Below, piece after piece: positions 29,582 through 38,497 of a DNA stretch of 64,000 bases. Position 1 is the first letter of the stretch, and each line of letters starts with the position of its first letter. The DNA is taken from the IMG/VR virus record IMGVR_UViG_3300021255_000080; one strand, 5' to 3'. The stretch comes from a virus. The notes beneath the pieces were generated by a model, which made no database searches, had not been told where the DNA came from, and saw only the letters and a list, made by a program, of their open reading frames with translations. A program made the translations under genes and the position numbers.

Positions 29582-30757
29582 CTACGGCTCCTGGCCTTCT
29601 TCTTCGGGTGGTGCAGAATTGGTGCGCTCGATTGAATCCCATGCTTCGGAGACCGACCTGGTCACGCTGTCCAGATCGCGGTGGATGTAGACTTTCGCGG
29701 GCTCGAGGGACGACCATCCTGCGTAAGCCTGCAGGTCGAAAACGCTCATGTGCCTGGACACCATCGACAGGTTGGAGTGGCGCAGCTGGTGCATGCCCAT
29801 GTCGGGATACCCCATCTTGACCCGCTCCTTCGCCCACCACTTCTGGAACGGCTGCATGGTCATCCGCTCGCCGTGGGTGTTGCAGCAGAGGGTGGGGCAG
29901 TCCCATCCCTTCTCCCTGCGGACGGCGCGGAACTCGTCGACCTTCGCCTGGAGCCTCGCCGGCACGGGGAGCGTCCTCACGCCGGCGGGGGTCTTCGGCT
30001 TGTCGAGGGAGTTGTCGCGCTCCTTGACGGCGAACCGCACGCGGCACAGGCCGTCTGATATGTCGGCGTCCATGACGGCGATGGCCTCGCCCCTCCGCAG
30101 GCCGAGGCACGCCATGAGGTAGAGCGCCATGGTCCTGCCATCGAGCTTGCGCCCGTCGAGCCCGTCGAGGAACTCCACCAGCTCGGACGGGGACAGCGCC
30201 TCCCTCTCCTCGGTGTCGCAGCGCGGAGGCATTATCTTGTCCATGGGGTCGCGGGCGATCTTGCCGTCGTCGTACGCCTGGCGGGTCACCATCTTGAGCG
30301 TCTGGACTATCTTGTTCATCGTGGTGTTGGTGAGCTTGCCCGACTCGGTATCCCTGGCCGGGTGCTCCTTGAGCCACACGATGGCCTCGCGGCACGCCTC
30401 GGGCGTCAGGGCGTCCATGCGCATGCCGGCGAGCTCCGTGCGGCACAGGGCGGTCACGTTGCGCCGCTCGTTCTCGTACGTCCCGGGGGACAGCTCGGCC
30501 GACGCCACGCGCCAGCGGTGCCAGGAGGCCGCGTAAGAGGCGAAGGTCTCGTCGTTCGGCACTATTCCCTCGAGCTCGGAAACCCATGCGGAGAGCGCCT
30601 TCTGGGCCTTCGAGTACGTTCCCTTGAACCGCTTCGACTTGCGCCCCTGCTCGGTGGTGGCCCAGAGCCTCCACCTACGGCATTCGGACTTCGGCAGCTC
30701 CCTCCCGTCTGGGCGGAACCTGTCGAGCTGCTGTATTGTCGCGCCCGACACCTTCAT
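29582..30757 (-). CDS. int: tyrosine integrase
   Basis: 391 aa; C-terminal catalytic region ...HQLRHSNLSMV...YAGWSSLEPAKVYIHRD (R..H..R...Y). Confidence 0.9.
   Translation of the reverse strand: MKVSGATIQQLDRFRPDGRELPKSECRRWRLWATTEQGRKSKRFKGTYSKAQKALSAWVSELEGIVPNDETFASYAASWHRWRVASAELSPGTYENERRNVTALCRTELAGMRMDALTPEACREAIVWLKEHPARDTESGKLTNTTMNKIVQTLKMVTRQAYDDGKIARDPMDKIMPPRCDTEEREALSPSELVEFLDGLDGRKLDGRTMALYLMACLGLRRGEAIAVMDADISDGLCRVRFAVKERDNSLDKPKTPAGVRTLPVPARLQAKVDEFRAVRREKGWDCPTLCCNTHGERMTMQPFQKWWAKERVKMGYPDMGMHQLRHSNLSMVSRHMSVFDLQAYAGWSSLEPAKVYIHRDLDSVTRSVSEAWDSIERTNSAPPEEEGQEP
29606..29633. repeat. 28-bp imperfect direct repeat, copy 2, inside the integrase 3' end
   Basis: GGGTGGTGCAgaatTGGTGCGcTCGATTG. 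Confidence 0.6.
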
Positions 30758-30841
30758 GTAAAATCACCTCGCAACTTCGTTGCCGCCCCCGCGCAGTTTT
30801 CCAGGCCGTCGCGGGGGCGAATCGTTTTTCATGGGCCGTAA

Positions 30842-31174
30842 CTAGCCCTCCGGCTTCGCGTGCAGGTAAACCATCTTCGCGTGGTTGAGGATGAGCTCCC
30901 GCTCCCATGGCTGCACGCCCCGGTACACGTCGAGCAGCTCCTGCTCGTCGGGTGAGAGCTGTGGTTGGCCGGGGGCCTCGAACACGTATTGGGAACGCGG
31001 CCCATAGAGCGGCTCGAGTATTGCGTAGCGGGTTTTGGTGGTGGTGTTGTCGAGTCCGCGCTCGAGTGCGTGGTAGATAGTGTTCTTAGGAATCCCGATA
31101 GCCGATGCCATCTTCGGAATACTCCCGTACTTGCTCTCTATATCCTTGCGGACCCTGTCTTCATACTCTCCCAC
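30842..31174 (-). CDS. HTH repressor-like protein (GTG start)
   Basis: HTH MASAIGIPKNTIYHALERG. RBS GGAGGAGG. Divergent from cro, with operators between. Confidence 0.5.
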   Translation of the reverse strand: MGEYEDRVRKDIESKYGSIPKMASAIGIPKNTIYHALERGLDNTTTKTRYAILEPLYGPRSQYVFEAPGQPQLSPDEQELLDVYRGVQPWERELILNHAKMVYLHAKPEG

Positions 31175-31196
31175 CTAGACCTCCTCCAAAATGGAG

Positions 31197-31214
31197 ATTA
31201 CCAACAGAGGTAAT
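31197..31214. promoter_or_regulatory. operator O1 (ATTACC-n6-GGTAAT)
   Basis: Palindrome read directly in the AT-rich repressor/cro intergenic region. Confidence 0.5.
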
Positions 31215-31270
31215 TATTTCACAAAATTGTATTGCAAGAGTACCAGAGTTGGTATAGTATGGCAATCACG

Positions 31271-31286
31271 TTACCAACATTGGTAA
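31271..31286. promoter_or_regulatory. operator O2 (TTACCAA-n2-TTGGTAA)
   Basis: Second copy of the same half-site, 17 nt upstream of the cro start. Confidence 0.5.
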
Positions 31287-31302
31287 TTATAAGGAGTATG
31301 AA

Positions 31303-31524
31303 ATGCAGAACGTAAACGGTCGATACATGAACCTGAAGGCCGAGCTGACCCGCAGCGGGGTAACCCAGAAGAGCGTTGCAGAGGTCCTCGGCATGAGCAC
31401 GAACAACCTCAACAGCAAGATTAACGGGAAGACGCCGTTCACCGTTCCTGAAATGGTAACGATTCGTGACACGTTCGTGCCTGACGCGACCATCGACTAC
31501 CTGGTCGCCACCGAATCCGACTAA
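31303..31524 (+). CDS. Cro-like XRE-family HTH regulator
   Basis: 73 aa; VTQKSVAEVLGMSTNNLNSKING. Confidence 0.6.
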   Translation: MQNVNGRYMNLKAELTRSGVTQKSVAEVLGMSTNNLNSKINGKTPFTVPEMVTIRDTFVPDATIDYLVATESD

Positions 31525-31954
31525 TCATCCCCGTCCTGGGCACGACGGCATAAAAGGCCAGATCCTCCTCTCTTGGTGTCAGCCCGTGCGCAAACTCGCG
31601 GGCTGGCATCGCGGGGAGCACGCCACGTACCTAGTGTGCGAACAATGCCCATTCTTCCACCGGCGTGCCTCCCGCGATGCCACCAGGCATCGGGCAGCTT
31701 GAAAACCGCATAGGAAAGCCCGGCTGAAATCGATTCCGGGCGAAAGCGATATTTGAAATTCGAATCATGCAGCGCTTCCCGAAACGGGGGCACAGGGCGG
31801 TCTTTACGTTTTTCCCCGCCATGGCACCTCGGGCGAAGATGCGGCCGCGCGGTCACATCCCTTGCCGCGCGAGGGGGAGCCGCCTCGGAGCTGGGCAAGG
31901 TGCACGGCTGCCCCCGGCTCGGGGGGCGCTGCTACAGAGAGGGAGGAGGAGGAA

Positions 31955-32254
31955 ATGGCAGACGTCGTTTTGACGGCGCGTCAGCTGGCGTGCCTGAAGT
32001 ACGAGACGAAGTACCCGAAGAAGACGCAGATCAACTACATCACGCAGCAGATTCGCAACGGAGAAATCGAGCACGCCGACAAGGTGCTCGGCGAGTGGCG
32101 CATCAACTGCACGAGGGAATGGCCCGAAGCGTTCCCTCCGACCGACGACCGTGTGGCGGTCGACGACGGGGCGGCCACGAGGGCCGTGCTGGGGGAGCTG
32201 CTGGTGTCCCTCGGGAAGACCATGTTGGGAGATGTCGAAGATGGCGCCGCGTAG
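31955..32254 (+). CDS. hypothetical protein (possible DNA-binding)
   Basis: RBS GGAGGAGGAGG. MADVVLTARQLACLKYETKYPKKTQINYITQQIRNGEIEHADKVLGEWRIN. Confidence 0.4.
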   Translation: MADVVLTARQLACLKYETKYPKKTQINYITQQIRNGEIEHADKVLGEWRINCTREWPEAFPPTDDRVAVDDGAATRAVLGELLVSLGKTMLGDVEDGAA

Positions 32255-32408
32255 GGGAAGCTACGGCGGCGCCGACTATCAGGTCGATGACGACCGCCCT
32301 GAAATGTTATCAGATTTCGAGAACGGCTGCATGGCCGGCAGCGTAGCAATCGCCGTGATCTTCGGGTTCATGTTCGCGGTCGGCGCCTTCCTGGGGTGGC
32401 CGCTATGA
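32241..32408 (+). CDS. small membrane protein
   Basis: 55 aa; C-terminal TM helix SVAIAVIFGFMFAVGAFLGW. Confidence 0.3.
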   Translation: MAPRRGSYGGADYQVDDDRPEMLSDFENGCMAGSVAIAVIFGFMFAVGAFLGWPL

Positions 32409-32833
32409 CGACCCAGTCGTTCGCCATCGACGGGGAGCTCGTCGATTTCAACAAGTACGTGAACGCCTGCAGGGGGCACTGGTCCAACGGCAAGCGGCTC
32501 AAGGAGGAGCAGGACGACGTCGTCTGCGCCTACATCAGGAAGGGCCGCGTCAAGCCGATGGAGGGCCCCGTCGAAATCGGGATATCGTGGATCGAGAAGC
32601 AGCGGCGCGGGGGGAAGCTGAGGGACGTGGACAACATCGCGTCCGCGACGAAGTTCATCCTCGACGCCCTGGTCAAGTGCCGAATCATCCCGGACGACAA
32701 CCCCCGCATCGTGCGCAACGTCTATCACTACTACAAGTTCAACGCAGAGAACCCCCGCATCGAGGTGACGCTGATGGACTACGACCCGAGGGGCCGCACC
32801 ATCCATTACATGCCGATAACGGGGCTCGACTAA
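32405..32833 (+). CDS. rusA: RusA-like Holliday junction resolvase
   Basis: LRDVDNIASATKFILDALVKCRIIPDDNPRIV matches the RusA D.DN..K...DAL......DD..I catalytic region. Confidence 0.55.
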   Translation: MTTQSFAIDGELVDFNKYVNACRGHWSNGKRLKEEQDDVVCAYIRKGRVKPMEGPVEIGISWIEKQRRGGKLRDVDNIASATKFILDALVKCRIIPDDNPRIVRNVYHYYKFNAENPRIEVTLMDYDPRGRTIHYMPITGLD

Positions 32834-32842
32834 GGAGGAGAA

Positions 32843-33055
32843 ATGAACGTCGAGAAGAAAGCCAGGGCCATGAGGGGCATCACGGAGGTCCTCGTGTCAC
32901 AAGAGCTCAGCTATCCCGAGATGATCGAGGTGCTGGGAGACGCCACGGTCGCTGCCTCCCAGGCGCTCCAGGTCGCGTACGACCTCAAGAGGAAGTCCCC
33001 CGAGGACTTCGCGAGCAGCCTGTGCGACACGCTCAAGGAGATGTTCCATGACTAG
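32843..33055 (+). CDS. hypothetical protein
   Basis: 70-aa ORF; RBS GGAGGAG. Confidence 0.4.
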   Translation: MNVEKKARAMRGITEVLVSQELSYPEMIEVLGDATVAASQALQVAYDLKRKSPEDFASSLCDTLKEMFHD

Positions 33056-34001
33056 GCTTTACACCGAGCTGCGCTACGGCTCCGACGCCGAATGGCGCGA
33101 GGCCAGGAAGGGCGGCATCGGCGGGTCCGACGTCGGGGCCATCATGGGCCTCTCGAACTGGACCAGCCCGCTCGAGGTGTGGCTCGTGAAGACGGGCAGG
33201 GAAGAGCCGGCCGACCTCTCCGGCAAGGAGAGCGTCAAGTGGGGCAACGTCCTGGAGCCCGTGGTGGCAGGCGAGTTCGCGTCGAGGCACCCCGAGATGA
33301 AGGTCCTCAGGAAGAACTGCACCATGGTCAGCAAGGAGCGCCCCTGGGCGTTCGCGAACATCGACCGCGAGCTGAGGGGGCCGGACGGCAGGGGAATCCT
33401 GGAAATCAAGACGGCGGGGCTGAGGAGCGCCGACCAATGGGTGTTCGGGCCGCCCGACCATTACCTCTGCCAGGTGCAGCACTACCTTTCCGTCACGGGA
33501 TGGGATTTCGCCTGGTGCGCGGTGCTCATCGGGGGCCAGGAGTACAGGGAGTACTTCATCCCCAGGGACGAGGACGACATAGCCGCGATCGACGCGGCGG
33601 TCGACAAGTTCTGGAACGAGTACGTGGTGACGGGCGTCATGCCCGAGATGACCGGGCGCGGCAACGAGGGGAGGGCCCTCGCGGGGCTCCACCTCGAGAA
33701 CAACGGAGAGTACGTGTCCGTCATGGACGCCGACTTCCCCGAGCTGGGCGAGGCGGTGTCCCTCAACCAGGAGATAAAGGCGCTGCAGGCCCGCAAGAGG
33801 GAGGTCGACAACGCCATCAAGGCGCGGGTCGGCGACGCGAAGGGCATCGAGTCCGAATCCGTCAGGTGCACGTGGTCGAGGTTCAAGGAGGCCAGGCTCG
33901 ACTCAAAGCGGCTCAAGGCCGAGCGCCCCGAAATCTTCGCGGAGTACAGCAACGAATCGGTCAAGGACGGCGGCCTGCGGCTGTCGCCCTCGAAGAGCTA
34001 A
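33048..34001 (+). CDS. YqaJ/lambda Exo-like PD-(D/E)XK recombination exonuclease
   Basis: GIGGSDVGAIMGLSNWTSPLEVW...ILEIKT...YLCQVQHYLSVTG motifs. Confidence 0.8.
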   Translation: MTRLYTELRYGSDAEWREARKGGIGGSDVGAIMGLSNWTSPLEVWLVKTGREEPADLSGKESVKWGNVLEPVVAGEFASRHPEMKVLRKNCTMVSKERPWAFANIDRELRGPDGRGILEIKTAGLRSADQWVFGPPDHYLCQVQHYLSVTGWDFAWCAVLIGGQEYREYFIPRDEDDIAAIDAAVDKFWNEYVVTGVMPEMTGRGNEGRALAGLHLENNGEYVSVMDADFPELGEAVSLNQEIKALQARKREVDNAIKARVGDAKGIESESVRCTWSRFKEARLDSKRLKAERPEIFAEYSNESVKDGGLRLSPSKS

Positions 34002-34011
34002 GGAGGGGCCG

Positions 34012-34278
34012 ATGCCCTACATCGACGACAAGGAGCTCGAGGAGCTCAAGAAGGCCAGGCCGTCGAGCGGAAACGAGTCGCTCGACTTCTACTGGCTCGG
34101 GTACGAGGCGGGGAAGGCATCCGCCAAGACGCAGTACGAGGACTCGCGCGGGACGTGGTCCGACATGTACACGAGGAAGCTGGAGGCCGAGAAGGAGCGC
34201 GACGCGGCGAAGGCCGAGGTCGACGCACTGAAGGCCAAGGTAAAGAAGCTGAAGAAGAAGCTGAAGGGCGGTGCGTGA
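34012..34278 (+). CDS. coiled-coil hypothetical protein
   Basis: 88 aa between exo and recT. Confidence 0.4.
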   Translation: MPYIDDKELEELKKARPSSGNESLDFYWLGYEAGKASAKTQYEDSRGTWSDMYTRKLEAEKERDAAKAEVDALKAKVKKLKKKLKGGA

Positions 34279-35216
34279 TGGGAAGGGTGAAGGAAGCGGC
34301 GCAGGGCATGGAGCTCGCGCCGGCAAGTCCGCAGAAGGGGATTTCCGACCTGCTCGCGAGGCAGTGGCCGCGCATCGAGGCGGTGATGCCGAAGCACATG
34401 AGCAGCGAACGCATGTACCAGCTCGCCGTGAGCACCGTCAACCAGACGCCGAAGCTCGCCGAATGCGACGTGGCGTCGCTGCTGTCGTGCGTGATGAAGT
34501 GCTCGGCGCTGGGGTTGGAGCCGTCCGCGGTCGACGGCCTGGGCAGGGCCTACATCCTCCCCTACAGGAACAAGGGGAGGATGACCGCGACCTTTATTCT
34601 CGGTTATAAAGGGATGCTTTCGCTGGCTCGCAGGTCGGGGGAGATAAGGGACATCTCCGCGAGGGCCGTGTACGAGGGCGACGAGTTCGAGTACGAGTTC
34701 GGCCTCGACGAGAAGCTGTCCCACAAGCCTTCGAGCCGCGAGCACGCGCCGGGCGAGAAGCCGACGCACGTCTACATGGTCGCGCACTTCAAGGACGGCG
34801 GCCACTACATGGACGTCATGACCTACGAGGAGGTCGAGGCGGTCAGGCGCCGCTCCAAGGCGGCGGACAACGGGCCGTGGGTGACCGACTACGAGGCCAT
34901 GGCGAAGAAGACCGTGATCCGCAGGGCGTTCCCGTACCTGCCCGTGTCGGTCGAGGCCCAGACGGCCGCGGCCTCCGACGAGACGACCCCCGACTACTCG
35001 GGAATCTTCAATCCCGTCATCAGCGACTCCGAAAGCCCGTCTGGGGCCGTGTTGGAGGACGTCTCCGACGTGGAGCCGCGAGAAGGCGAAACGGGGGCCA
35101 GGAGCGCCGCGTGCAAGTCGTGCGGCAACGTGGTCGACGCCGCGCCCGACGCGACGATAGACGACCTGAACCAGATGGGCTGCTGCGAGGAGCCCGATTA
35201 CGAATGGGGGAAGTAG
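34278..35216 (+). CDS. recT: RecT-family single-strand annealing protein
   Basis: ASLLSCVMKCSALGLEP...AYILPY...FILGYKGM...MAKKTVIRRA are RecT signatures. Confidence 0.85.
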   Translation: MGRVKEAAQGMELAPASPQKGISDLLARQWPRIEAVMPKHMSSERMYQLAVSTVNQTPKLAECDVASLLSCVMKCSALGLEPSAVDGLGRAYILPYRNKGRMTATFILGYKGMLSLARRSGEIRDISARAVYEGDEFEYEFGLDEKLSHKPSSREHAPGEKPTHVYMVAHFKDGGHYMDVMTYEEVEAVRRRSKAADNGPWVTDYEAMAKKTVIRRAFPYLPVSVEAQTAAASDETTPDYSGIFNPVISDSESPSGAVLEDVSDVEPREGETGARSAACKSCGNVVDAAPDATIDDLNQMGCCEEPDYEWGK

Positions 35217-35480
35217 ATGAAGGAAGAGAAGTACCGGAAGGCGCTCAGGGCGCATAACGAGAAGATCGGGGACTTCGCGATGGAGCTGCACGAGCTCGTC
35301 GACGGGTTCCTCGACGACGAGTGCTCCATCGCCGAGGTGGTGGGGATGCTCGAGACGGAGAAGTCGTTCCGGATATACAGCGCGTGCGAGGAAGCCTCGA
35401 ATCCGCCTGCCGTGACGTCCTGCACCATCGACGAGATCGAGGAGTTCCTGGACGCGCTGGGGCGTGGTTCGGATGATTAA
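35217..35480 (+). CDS. hypothetical protein
   Basis: 87-aa ORF abutting the recT stop. Confidence 0.4.
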   Translation: MKEEKYRKALRAHNEKIGDFAMELHELVDGFLDDECSIAEVVGMLETEKSFRIYSACEEASNPPAVTSCTIDEIEEFLDALGRGSDD

Positions 35481-35883
35481 CTCCGTGACCCTTTGCGGGA
35501 ACCTCACGAGGGACCCGGAAATCCGCAGGACCCAGTCGGGGACGGCGATCGTGTCCTTCGGCATCGCCGTCAACGAGCGGCGCAAGGACAGGCAGACGGG
35601 GGAGTGGGGCGACGTGCCGCACTTCTTCGACGTCACGTGCTTCGGGGAGCGCCACGAGAAGCTGGCGCAGTACTACGGCAAGGGCTCGAAGGTCACCGTC
35701 CAGGGCAGGCTCTCCCAGTCCTCGTGGACCGACAAGCAGAGCGGCCAGAAGCGCTCGAAGGTGGAGGTCATCGCCGACGAAATCGAGCTGCCGCCGAGGC
35801 AGCAGTCGCAACAGAGCGCATCGCGCCAGGCGCAGCCGGCGTACCAGCCGATACCGGCGTACGACGACGACATACCGTTCTAG
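35473..35883 (+). CDS. ssb: single-stranded DNA-binding protein
   Basis: MINSVTLCGNLTRDPEIRRT (OB fold); Gln/Pro-rich linker; C-terminal acidic DDDIPF tail. Confidence 0.85.
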   Translation: MINSVTLCGNLTRDPEIRRTQSGTAIVSFGIAVNERRKDRQTGEWGDVPHFFDVTCFGERHEKLAQYYGKGSKVTVQGRLSQSSWTDKQSGQKRSKVEVIADEIELPPRQQSQQSASRQAQPAYQPIPAYDDDIPF

Positions 35884-35931
35884 CCGAAGCAATCGGGCGG
35901 GCCACGGCCCGCCCGTCCGTTAGGAGGAAAA

Positions 35932-36228
35932 ATGCTGAAGGAGATAACCCTCGAGGAGCTGCCTGAGGCCGGCTCTTTCGGGCAGGAGGTCACGCCAGAC
36001 GGCGCGTTCGCGGAGGAGACCGTGCTCGACTTCGCGACCTCGGAGCTCAAGATAGCCGAGGTCCTCGGATGGCCCTCGGGCAACCCGACGAGCTCGAAGG
36101 AGGCGACCAGGTGCAGGTCGCTTCTCGAGTGCAAGGTGAAGAAGCACAAGCTGTCGGGCATCACGGCGATGCAGCGGGGCACGAGGGTCTTCATCCAGAA
36201 GACCATAATCCGGAAGGTCGGCGAGTAG
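35932..36228 (+). CDS. hypothetical protein
   Basis: 98-aa ORF. Confidence 0.4.
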   Translation: MLKEITLEELPEAGSFGQEVTPDGAFAEETVLDFATSELKIAEVLGWPSGNPTSSKEATRCRSLLECKVKKHKLSGITAMQRGTRVFIQKTIIRKVGE

Positions 36229-36229
36229 G

Positions 36230-36871
36230 ATGCAGTGGTTCGACCATAGCAGCACGGCAGCTTCCGACGACTCGATGATCGCGCTCAGGATGGAGCATCC
36301 CGACAGCGCGGCGGTCGACCTCTACTGGGCCATAATCGAGAAGCAGTACCGCGACGAGGCTTCGGTTCCGTTCTCTAAAACCAACGCGGAAACCAAGTCG
36401 GTTTTGCATCGGTTACTGCTCGGTTTTGAGGTCGGCGAAAAGTACGTCGAAACGATGCTCGAATTGGGGCTGCTGAAAAAAGACGAATCTGGAAACGTCT
36501 ATTCGGAGCGTGCGAAAACGACAATCGACGATTATTTGCATAAAGCCGAAATCGCACGTCAGAACGGGAAAAAGGGTGGTCGCAAACCGACGCGGAAACC
36601 GAAGGAAAAACCGACGCAAGAACCGACGTCCGAACCGACGCGGAAACCATATAACAATACAAAACAAAACAATACAGGTATAGGTTTTGATAAAACAAAA
36701 CCTATACCTAGTAACGCGTCTGGCGACGCGGCTGCGGCAGGGGCCGCGCCGCCCGCCGCGATGTACTGCCCCAACTGCGGCGCCCTCATGGACAGGACGG
36801 GGCTCAGGAAGCCCGGCACCGAACGCCGCATCTGGCGCTGCCCGCTCTGCGCCGAGGAAGTGGTCGAATGA
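36230..36871 (+). CDS. phage replisome organiser (N-terminal Lin1244-like domain) with C-terminal zinc ribbon
   Basis: N-terminus WFDHSSTAASDDSMIALRMEHPDSAAVDLYWAIIE...; C-terminus CPNCG...CPLC. Internal AT-rich palindrome. Confidence 0.55.
   Translation: MQWFDHSSTAASDDSMIALRMEHPDSAAVDLYWAIIEKQYRDEASVPFSKTNAETKSVLHRLLLGFEVGEKYVETMLELGLLKKDESGNVYSERAKTTIDDYLHKAEIARQNGKKGGRKPTRKPKEKPTQEPTSEPTRKPYNNTKQNNTGIGFDKTKPIPSNASGDAAAAGAAPPAAMYCPNCGALMDRTGLRKPGTERRIWRCPLCAEEVVE
36677..36708. promoter_or_regulatory. candidate replication origin: perfect 13-bp inverted repeat GGTATAGGTTTTG-ATAAAA-CAAAACCTATACC with flanking CAAAACAAAACAA iterons
   Basis: Read directly; the AT-rich island sits inside the replisome-organiser gene (lambda O-like arrangement). 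Confidence 0.5.
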
Positions 36872-37326
36872 CGGACTTCGCACCGGACCAGCGTCTCTGC
36901 GGGATGCCGAGGAGGGCGTTCGACTGCTTCGGCAAGCCCCACGTCGGGGCGCTCTACACGGGAAGCTCGATAAACAGCCACGCCCTCGAGGACGACGCCC
37001 TCTGCACGTGCTGCGGCAGGATGGCGGAGAACGCCCACCACTGGCCGCTGGGCAGGAGGACCGTCGAGGTGGCCGGGAAGGTGCTCAGGCCGTCCCTGTT
37101 CGCCGTCTGCGGGTCCGGGACCACGGGATGCCACAACGGGTGGCACGGGGGCTGCAGGTACAAGGCCCTCTGGTTCTGGGACGAGGAGCGGTACTTCCTG
37201 GACTGGGTCAACGGCGTCTTCTGGGACATGGGCTTCGAGCCGCACGACCAGCGGCTGTACCTCTACGGCGCATGGGAGCTCTACGACTTCAAGGAGGGCC
37301 GGATATGGCGGATCAGGAAGGACTGA
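36868..37326 (+). CDS. HNH-like Cys/His-rich protein
   Basis: CTCCGRMAENAHHWPLGRR...VCGSGTTGCHNGWHGG (CxxC...HH...CxxCH...H). Confidence 0.45.
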   Translation: MTDFAPDQRLCGMPRRAFDCFGKPHVGALYTGSSINSHALEDDALCTCCGRMAENAHHWPLGRRTVEVAGKVLRPSLFAVCGSGTTGCHNGWHGGCRYKALWFWDEERYFLDWVNGVFWDMGFEPHDQRLYLYGAWELYDFKEGRIWRIRKD

Positions 37327-37436
37327 CGGACTGCGGCCGCGACCGCGATTTCAGGGAGCTGCTCGAGGAGATGATCGAATCGGGCATGAGCTACAGGGAG
37401 GCCCTGCGCGAGCTGGGCATCGACGAGAAAGGATAG
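37305..37436 (+). CDS. small HTH protein
   Basis: 43 aa; MSYREALRELGI. Confidence 0.3.
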   Translation: MADQEGLTDCGRDRDFRELLEEMIESGMSYREALRELGIDEKG

Positions 37437-37439
37437 GGA

Positions 37440-37769
37440 ATGTTCGGAAAATTTGCCACGGTCGGCTACGACATCGAGGTCGGAGCCTGCAATGCGACAA
37501 CCACGCTGGATGCCGGCAGCCGCTTCGCGCGGCGACTCATGCTGGGGGTACCGGGGGAGAAGCGGTTCGTCCCCGAGAAGGTCATCTTCAACGACCCGGC
37601 GACGGTCGTCTACTGGAAGGACGGCACGAAGACCGTGGTCAAGTGCCACGAGGGGGACGAGTTCGACAAGCGGACGGGGTTCCTGCTCTGCTGCGCCAAG
37701 AGGCTCATGGGCAACACCGGCAAGTTCAACGACGCGATGCTCGAGCATTGCGGGGCGTCTGATGACTAG
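37440..37769 (+). CDS. hypothetical protein
   Basis: 109-aa ORF. Confidence 0.4.
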   Translation: MFGKFATVGYDIEVGACNATTTLDAGSRFARRLMLGVPGEKRFVPEKVIFNDPATVVYWKDGTKTVVKCHEGDEFDKRTGFLLCCAKRLMGNTGKFNDAMLEHCGASDD

Positions 37770-38001
37770 GCACTGGATCAACGACGGGAAGGAGACCGGC
37801 TGGCACGAGCCGAAGGGCGCGTCCGACCTTCCCGTCGGCAAGGAGCCGTGCAGCGTCGTGTACAGGATGCGGAAGGGCTCCGAGAAGAGCTCGCTGCTCG
37901 TCGTGGACGAAGGCGACGAGGTGGTCGAGGTCGACGTCGGCAAGAAGCGCTTCCTCCCGGCGCGCGACGTGGACTGGGAGGACAGGTGCGAGCTGGAATG
38001 A
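37762..38001 (+). CDS. hypothetical protein
   Basis: 79 aa; 8-nt overlap with upstream gene. Confidence 0.35.
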   Translation: MTRHWINDGKETGWHEPKGASDLPVGKEPCSVVYRMRKGSEKSSLLVVDEGDEVVEVDVGKKRFLPARDVDWEDRCELE

Positions 38002-38192
38002 GCGAACGGCGGAAGAACGAGTACTGGTTCGGCAAACCGAAGCTGCGCAACCCGCAGAACGTGGCCGACGCCGAGAAGTGGTGCGCCGAATACCGGGGAA
38101 AGCCGAGCAGGCGGGCGAGGTTCACGAAAATCGAGCTCGCGGCGCTGGCGGCAAGATGCGGGATAGAGGATTTCGAAAGGAGCCCGAGATGA
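37998..38192 (+). CDS. hypothetical protein
   Basis: 64 aa; ATGA coupling. Confidence 0.35.
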   Translation: MSERRKNEYWFGKPKLRNPQNVADAEKWCAEYRGKPSRRARFTKIELAALAARCGIEDFERSPR

Positions 38193-38497
38193 GCAAGGGA
38201 GCGATCATCGGCGCGGACAAGGTCCGCGAGATCAAGGGGTACCTCGGGAAGTACCCGACGATGCAGCAGAAGGACCTGGCGAAGATGTGCGGCGTCAGCT
38301 CGGACACCGTCAGGCGCGTCAGGAACGGCGAGTACGACGGCGTCGAGGCCGCGGAGGGCAGGGCCGACGAGGTCCTGGCGAGGATCTCCGAGCAGCTCGA
38401 CGAGCTGACGGCGGCCCTTACCGTGATCTGCGACAGGTCTGCCGCGATCCTCGCGGAGATGGAGGCGTCCGGGGATTCCGAGCGCCTGCCCCTATGA
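38189..38497 (+). CDS. HTH DNA-binding protein
   Basis: RBS AAAGGAG; QQKDLAKMCGVSSDTVRRVRNGE. Confidence 0.45.
   Translation: MSKGAIIGADKVREIKGYLGKYPTMQQKDLAKMCGVSSDTVRRVRNGEYDGVEAAEGRADEVLARISEQLDELTAALTVICDRSAAILAEMEASGDSERLPL

Noticed and set aside
32396-32404. GTG start for rusA
   Set aside because: Downstream ATG at 32405 gives a conventional N-terminus; either is possible, kept ATG.
34089-35636. 515-aa minus ORF
   Set aside because: Antisense to recT/exo region.
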